In this document: piece by piece, positions 37,750 through 43,463 of the stretch
How positions within the stretch are numbered: the first letter of the stretch is position 1
Layout: every line of letters begins with the position of its first letter
NCBI RefSeq assembly: GCF_001194135.2
Contig: NC_068982.1
Span: 67,686,700-67,730,162 of the forward strand
DNA length: 43,463 bases
DNA from: Octopus bimaculoides
Lineage: Eukaryota
Reading direction: 5' to 3'
Position numbers and translations under genes: made by a program
The notes under the pieces: model-generated
Told to the model about the DNA's origin: nothing
The model's database searches: none
Seen by the model: only the letters and a program-made list of their open reading frames with translations

Positions 37750-39645
37750 TCCCGCCAAAGATTTGCAAAGGCCACAGGTGTTGCAAGTATGAGGGTTATA
37801 GGTCAGTGCAGGTAGCATATTTGCAGCCGCTTTTCTCCTTTGCCTTGCACACCAAAGCCTGTTAATGCTGGCTGCAAGAAAGTTTTTTAATACCATTTTG
37901 ACATAACGATCTCCATTTTGTTCGCACCAAATCTGTTCGCTCAAAGGTGTTGAGAGCTATCTTCATCACTAAGAGGTTACTATTCAGCTTGTCCTTATAT
38001 CCGAGCCATGGTCGACCATCATTCCTGTGTCCACTCTCAAGCTGGCTGTACATGAGGACTTTGGGCATTCTTTCGTCACTCATTCTGACATGGCCAGCCC
38101 AGCGCAATTGTGATTGTATAAAGAAGCTCTCAATTCCACCGATCTTACACTTGCTAAACAAGTCGGCATTAAAAACTTGATCATTTAGTGAATAATCGCA
38201 GATTGTCTTCAGACAGTCTTTGTGGAAGATGTCTAGTTGGTTAATGTGTTGTCTATAGGGTATCCTGATTCTGAGTCATAGACCTGTACTTTCGTGTCAA
38301 GTTTGATGCCTCTTTCATTCCATAGGCGATGACGGAGTTTGTCAAATGCGCTGGTTGTCTTTTCAAGACGGCTGACGATTTCATCATCAAAGGAAGCGCC
38401 AAAATTCACTTTATTACCAAGATATGTAAATGACTTCACATAATTTAGGCTTTTCCCATCAACCTGTAGAGGAATGTCAGGAAAATTGTGAACCGGTGGC
38501 CTTTGCTTGACACTTCGAATTAGTTTAGGAGCAGGGCAAGGTTGGTGGATTACTTCTTTATGATGATGGTCAAACCAAAGGCTTTACATGGAGCAGAAAA
38601 ATGGTCTAGAAGTTCCTGAGCTTCCTCTAAAGAGGTCGCTACTAGTGCAGCAACATCTGCAAAAAGTAGATCACGAATGATACTGATCCGTATCAGTGTT
38701 CTTGCTTTGAAACGCTAATGATTGAATAGTCAACCACTTCTTCGAAACTTTGTATGTCGCCAAAACCATACCGCAGCATCATTGAAAAGAAGAGTGCAAA
38801 CAAAACAGGAGCCATAACACAACCTTGCTGTGAACCGTTTGTGATGTCAAAGGAAGCCGAAGATTCCCCACCGGACACAACAAAAGCCGCCTTCATTTCC
38901 TCATGAAAGGAGATGATAACATTCAACATCTTTTCAGGTATACCAAACTTTTTCAGAACCTTCCATAGTGCTTGCCAGTTAACAGTGTCGAAGGCCTTAG
39001 TAAGGTCAACGAATATCAAGAACAACTCTTGATTTTTCTCACGTACCTTCTCCATGACCCGTCGGAGGGAAAAATCATGTCGGTAGTACCACGACCAGAG
39101 CGAAATCTGCACTGTGATTCTGGACATATATAATTTACAACGTGTTTGAAGATCCTGTCAAGAATGAGTCGAGAAAACTTACCAGCAATAGACAGAAGCG
39201 ATATTCCACGATGACTATCACAGACACTTCTGTTGCCTTTGTTCTTATACAGATATTAAATTGAGGCATCTTTGAAGTCCTGTGGTACACTGCCTACCTT
39301 CTAGATGTTTATCAAGAGGTCATGCAGTTTCTTAAAAAGCTTCTTTCCACCATGATTGTAAATTCCAGGAGGGATAGCATCCCTGCCAGGTGCTTTACCA
39401 GAAGAGATCTGTTTAATAGAGTTTACCACTTACAGAAAGGTTGGCTTCAGAGACAGTTGCGATATTACAGTCTGCTTTGTAACAGACTTCGTCGCTACAA
39501 AATCACTTCGTCGCTACAAAATCACTTCGTCGCTAGTGATTGAGGTGGAGTTCAACACGGCTTCAAAGTGATCTATCCACCGTTTCAGGATGACAGAATT
39601 ATCAGTCAGGAGTATCTCTCTATTCGATGAAAAAATAGGAGTAGC
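37750..39645 (-). mobile_element. 5'-truncated degenerate RTE-clade LINE (different subfamily from 29341-33000)
   Basis: LLTDNSVILKRWIDHF, FVDLTKAFDTVN, GSQQGCVMAPVLF, QLRWAGHVRMSDERMPK and CNTCGLCKSLAG. Confidence 0.88.
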
Positions 39646-40505
39646 ACCGTGATATTGAGGACCATACACTTTCTTGTATGATTCTCAATATCACATGTAT
39701 ATGTGGTGTATTTCAAATTGCTGAATCGTAGCAACGGATTTTGGAAAAGTATTAGAAAAAGATAGGGGTGAGAAGCACTGTTCAAGAGGGTATAATCATA
39801 TAGGTTATTTAATACCATAAAAATAACTCGAAATAATAAGATCACGAGAAATCTAGTCACCTTAAATCCAGATATTACCTTGAGTCAAATGGAAATGTGT
39901 CTTCTCTGCTCTTCTCATCTGTCTTTAAATATTATGGACCACCACTACCACCACCAGCACGTAAACGATTCTTTGTGCACATATCTCTTCTTACCGTTAT
40001 ACGGTTGTCATCCGCCGGACATAATGCACGCTACCAGTCACATTAATCTTTCCATAAGACAACATTTAATTAAGCTAATTGTACTTTTTGCTAATGTTAA
40101 GCTGATGAGATACAAATCCCTCTAGAGGATATTCTGTTTCATCTCCGTATTTCTAATTAAACAGACAGACTTGTATAAATATTTAACTGTTTTGCTCAAG
40201 GACAAGGGAAAATCTGCAATAGAAAACTCAAATAAAAGTTCCGTAAGCTAAATATTGAAGGAACATTTTGTTTCAGTACTTAATCTACTCAATACATCTC
40301 GATTTCATTAGTTCACTTAGCAATACTAATGCTTCATAAGAAATAAAAATCCAATGTTCTTGGATTGAATATTTGTAATTGCCTTAGCTAATTGTTTTAA
40401 CTGCATTTCCATCTATACATTAGAAACTAATTATAAACTATTTATTCCATTTGCACATTCAAATGAAATATCAATTATATATAATTTCCCATTGATTATT
40501 AATAA

Positions 40506-41700
40506 CACTGGGGAACACAATTTTCGTTGAGTTATATCTGACTCTTGTTTTTGATTAACCTTTGACCTCTGAATCCATAAACAACCCTACTTTTACTATA
40601 CCAGATCAACTTTTTGAGCTACAAGTTATCCCCACTTTGTCTCAAAACCAATAAAAATATCGCACCTAATAAATTTGTGCTTGTTTTACAGAATGTCACA
40701 AAAATTTACATGCAATGGAAAATGATAAAACATTTCTTGACTATAATGTTGGTACGAATTAATTTCGTTCCCACGAAGAATAGTGTTACTGTTTAGTCAA
40801 ATTGTTTGCAATAATTACGGTAAAAATTTACACAACTTTTCCTAGGGTGTTTAATCAGGACAATTTCGCTTAATGCTCAAATAATAGTCAATCATTATAT
40901 TCACAAAGAAAGTTGTTTACAAGGTCTTTAAATGAACACCAAGCATTCTTTTTGAATTCTAACATAGTCTCGATGAAATATTCATCTTTCATGAGCTGCT
41001 GAATCTGTGGACCATAAACACGATGACTGAATTTTTTCAGTTGAAAGGCCAGGAAATACCAAAATGAGGTACTTGAAATAATCGCCTTCAGTTAGCAGTG
41101 CTTTAACTAATTGTTTTGTAAGATCTAGTTTCATGTATAAAGGTGGGAATATTGTTGTCTTTATATCGATAAGTGGCTCACGTTGAATGTTGGTATCATC
41201 AGGTCAGATCTTGGAAGCAAATTCCTCTCCGCCCACTACTTCTCTCGAGCTCTGCTAGCCTACATGCACAGAAAGCATGGATACTTGGTGTATCTGCGTT
41301 GCTGACCAGGAAGGAAGCATATCATTTTAAGGTAAACATAGATGATCCAATTGTCTTTGTAATATTGCAACAACTCAATGACTTTCTTTATGTCTTCATT
41401 TTATTCACGAAGACAAACTGAATACCCAATTGGAACTGCACCATATAAATTGCCATTGGGGGAACTATCGATGATTAGTCACCACTCACTTGAATTGTAG
41501 ATTGGAATTCCCAATGCCGCCAATAAGCCCTGCACGTTATGGCAATACAAAAACTTCCTGTCATTTCGAAAGAACAACAAAAATGCACTTTCCTTGAATG
41601 GAAAGTAGGATACCTTCTTTCCTTTACCGAGCAGGTTTTTCTCATTCAGATTTGATTTTAAGATTTCTGAAGTTACATATCTTGTTCTGAAAAATCCTTA
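40506..41700 (-). mobile_element. Degenerate Chapaev3-like (CMC superfamily) DNA transposon, 3' part
   Basis: Minus strand gives SEILKSNLNEKNLL, LYCHNVQGLLAALG..EW*LIIDSS, NGNLYGAVPIGYSV, LKMICFLPGQQRRYTKYPCFLC, GPQIQQLMKD and DYYLSIKRNCPD; terminus TAA|CACTGGGGAAC at 40503-40516. The family assignment is from recall of the motifs. Confidence 0.7.
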
Positions 41701-43354
41701 CCTGTTAACAATAAATTAATATAAACAATTAGCTGACCAGTTTCATTACTTATATATNNNNNNNNNNNNNNNNNNNNNNNNNNNNNNNNTATATATAAAT
41801 ACAAATATAAAAATGATATAAAGACGAGTGCTTTTGTGCACGACAAGTTCAAACGACTGATTTTCTCGTGGTGAATAATGCAGTATTCTGTGTTCTAATA
41901 CAACGTCCACGTTTAATCAGAGATAACAATTACATTTTGATACTAACACAGTTGCTAAAAGAGTCCAGGTACACTTTTTGTTAAGCACTGCTTAACTACT
42001 GAAAGAGCCACATTATATTGACGGAAATATTCCCAGTAATTGATATAAGAAGTTGCCGTTTAAAGTAGACAACAACATTATAATTATAGGTCGAAAAAAA
42101 ATTTCCTTATTTTAATCTTTTACGGAACCTTTGAGACTTCCAAGAGGTAAGGAGGAATTTATTCTGAAACCGGAAATCTGGCCCGAATACTTGCAGTAGA
42201 GTGGACACCGCTAAAAGTACCCAAGGAATAATCCTAAAAATATAAATATACACGTAAAAAAGAAAAAAAAATTTCTAAAGAACCATAAAATATTCTGATC
42301 GAAAATAGATACAGTAGACAGTTCAATCAATTTGTAATTACCTTGATGTCATGTAGATCCAGTAGTGGATGTCTAAAATCGCCTTGAGTTCAGTTGATGG
42401 AATATTCGATATTTTCTTTTTGATTAACTGAAGCATTTCTAGTATGAATTTTATGTTTCACTATTTTTTCATATTATTACCTTTATATTCATTATTATGG
42501 TTTTTATGTGTGTTACGCGTTTTTGATACAACTTCTTTGTTTCAATGTTATTTAGAGTGAAAATTATCTTTAATAAACAACAATGCTTTATTTGAACAGT
42601 TTCGATAGAAAGTAAGCATTCAAGTGGAAAAAAAAGGAATAAATCGATAAATATATTATCAAGAATAATAGAATGAGTGAGGTATTATTGCCACCAATCT
42701 ACAAGCGAATACAAGATGATGAGGAGGGAGGGGATCAGAAAGATATTTTACTAGTTTTACTACAACAGATTCAGTAAAAGGAATGTACGCGAGAAAGTAG
42801 CTTCTATCGATTATTGCAGCCATTTGACAGCTTATTCTATTAAGTGGCGATCTGTTCTTTGGTTTCTTTGGAAATTGAAACGTTTGGTGTAAAGAAAATA
42901 ATAAAAGCAAACAAAAAGAAGAAATGGTGGAGACTAAATAGGTTACCCTGAAAGAAGATTAAAGTCTTAATATTATCACTTAGGTTCTGTTATTCTTTTC
43001 GTTACGTTTGTTGTTACTGTTCATAGATTTTCTTATATTATTTCTTTTTTAATTGCTTTGCCGTCTTTCACCTTTACATGACATGTTGTAAAAGTCAATC
43101 GATATCACTGCCTATTAAACGGTTTTCATAGCTTGTTGAAAGTCAAGAATAAGCAAACAGCCACCAACACCTCCTCTCCAACCGCAATGAGAAAATATAT
43201 AAGATAATCCTCTTTAGAAGAATCATCAATTCTCTTCTTCCTCATTTTCGTCGATAACAACGTTGGAGATGTTGAAAGTTACATTATCTGCAGACACTGG
43301 AATATTTCTCCCCAACTCTTTCACATATGTAAATACATAGATGCTTATATATGT

Positions 43355-43359
43355 GTTTG

Positions 43360-43412
<53 letters not shown>

Positions 43413-43463
43413 ATGTGTGTGTGTGTGTATATATATGTATATATACATGTATATATATATATA
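43355..43463. repeat. (TA)/(TG)n microsatellite
   Basis: Direct inspection. Confidence 0.95.

Noticed and set aside
42673-42950. Plus-strand frame MSEVLLPPIYKRI..LLQPFD.. with two stops
   Set aside because: Only a vague resemblance to DDE transposase LQPLD motifs; no other support.
43226-43320. Minus-strand acidic peptide end (..NVVIDENEEEEN*)
   Set aside because: Weak acceptor, and the upstream sequence is microsatellite; cannot be supported as a terminal exon.

Overview
Eukaryotic, AT-rich, gap-containing draft-genome scaffold. The SINE families and (TATG)n/(CA)n/(TA)n/(TAA)n microsatellites point to an octopus (coleoid cephalopod) genome; this is inferred from repeat recognition, not from a search. 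Most of the window is decayed transposable elements: R4/Dong-like REL retrotransposon fragments in (TAA)n arrays, a Tx1/L1-like LINE, a CR1-like LINE, two RTE LINEs, four copies of a second REL family sitting in (TATG)n arrays, two full-length mariners, a Chapaev3-like DNA transposon and three tRNA-SINE families. Only one host coding exon is well supported (9242-9799, +): signal peptide, angiopoietin/myocilin-like C-x-Y-x-F motif and coiled coil, ending at a GTAAGA donor. No convincing next exon follows in the remaining ~33 kb. Unexplained structured elements include two near-perfect 20-22 bp hairpins, degenerate hammerhead-like motifs, a ~100 bp inverted repeat and a weak spliced small ORF near the right end. 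No prokaryotic systems (CRISPR, operons), rRNA or genuine tRNA genes are supported. Several assembly artefacts are visible. Element boundaries are approximate unless stated.
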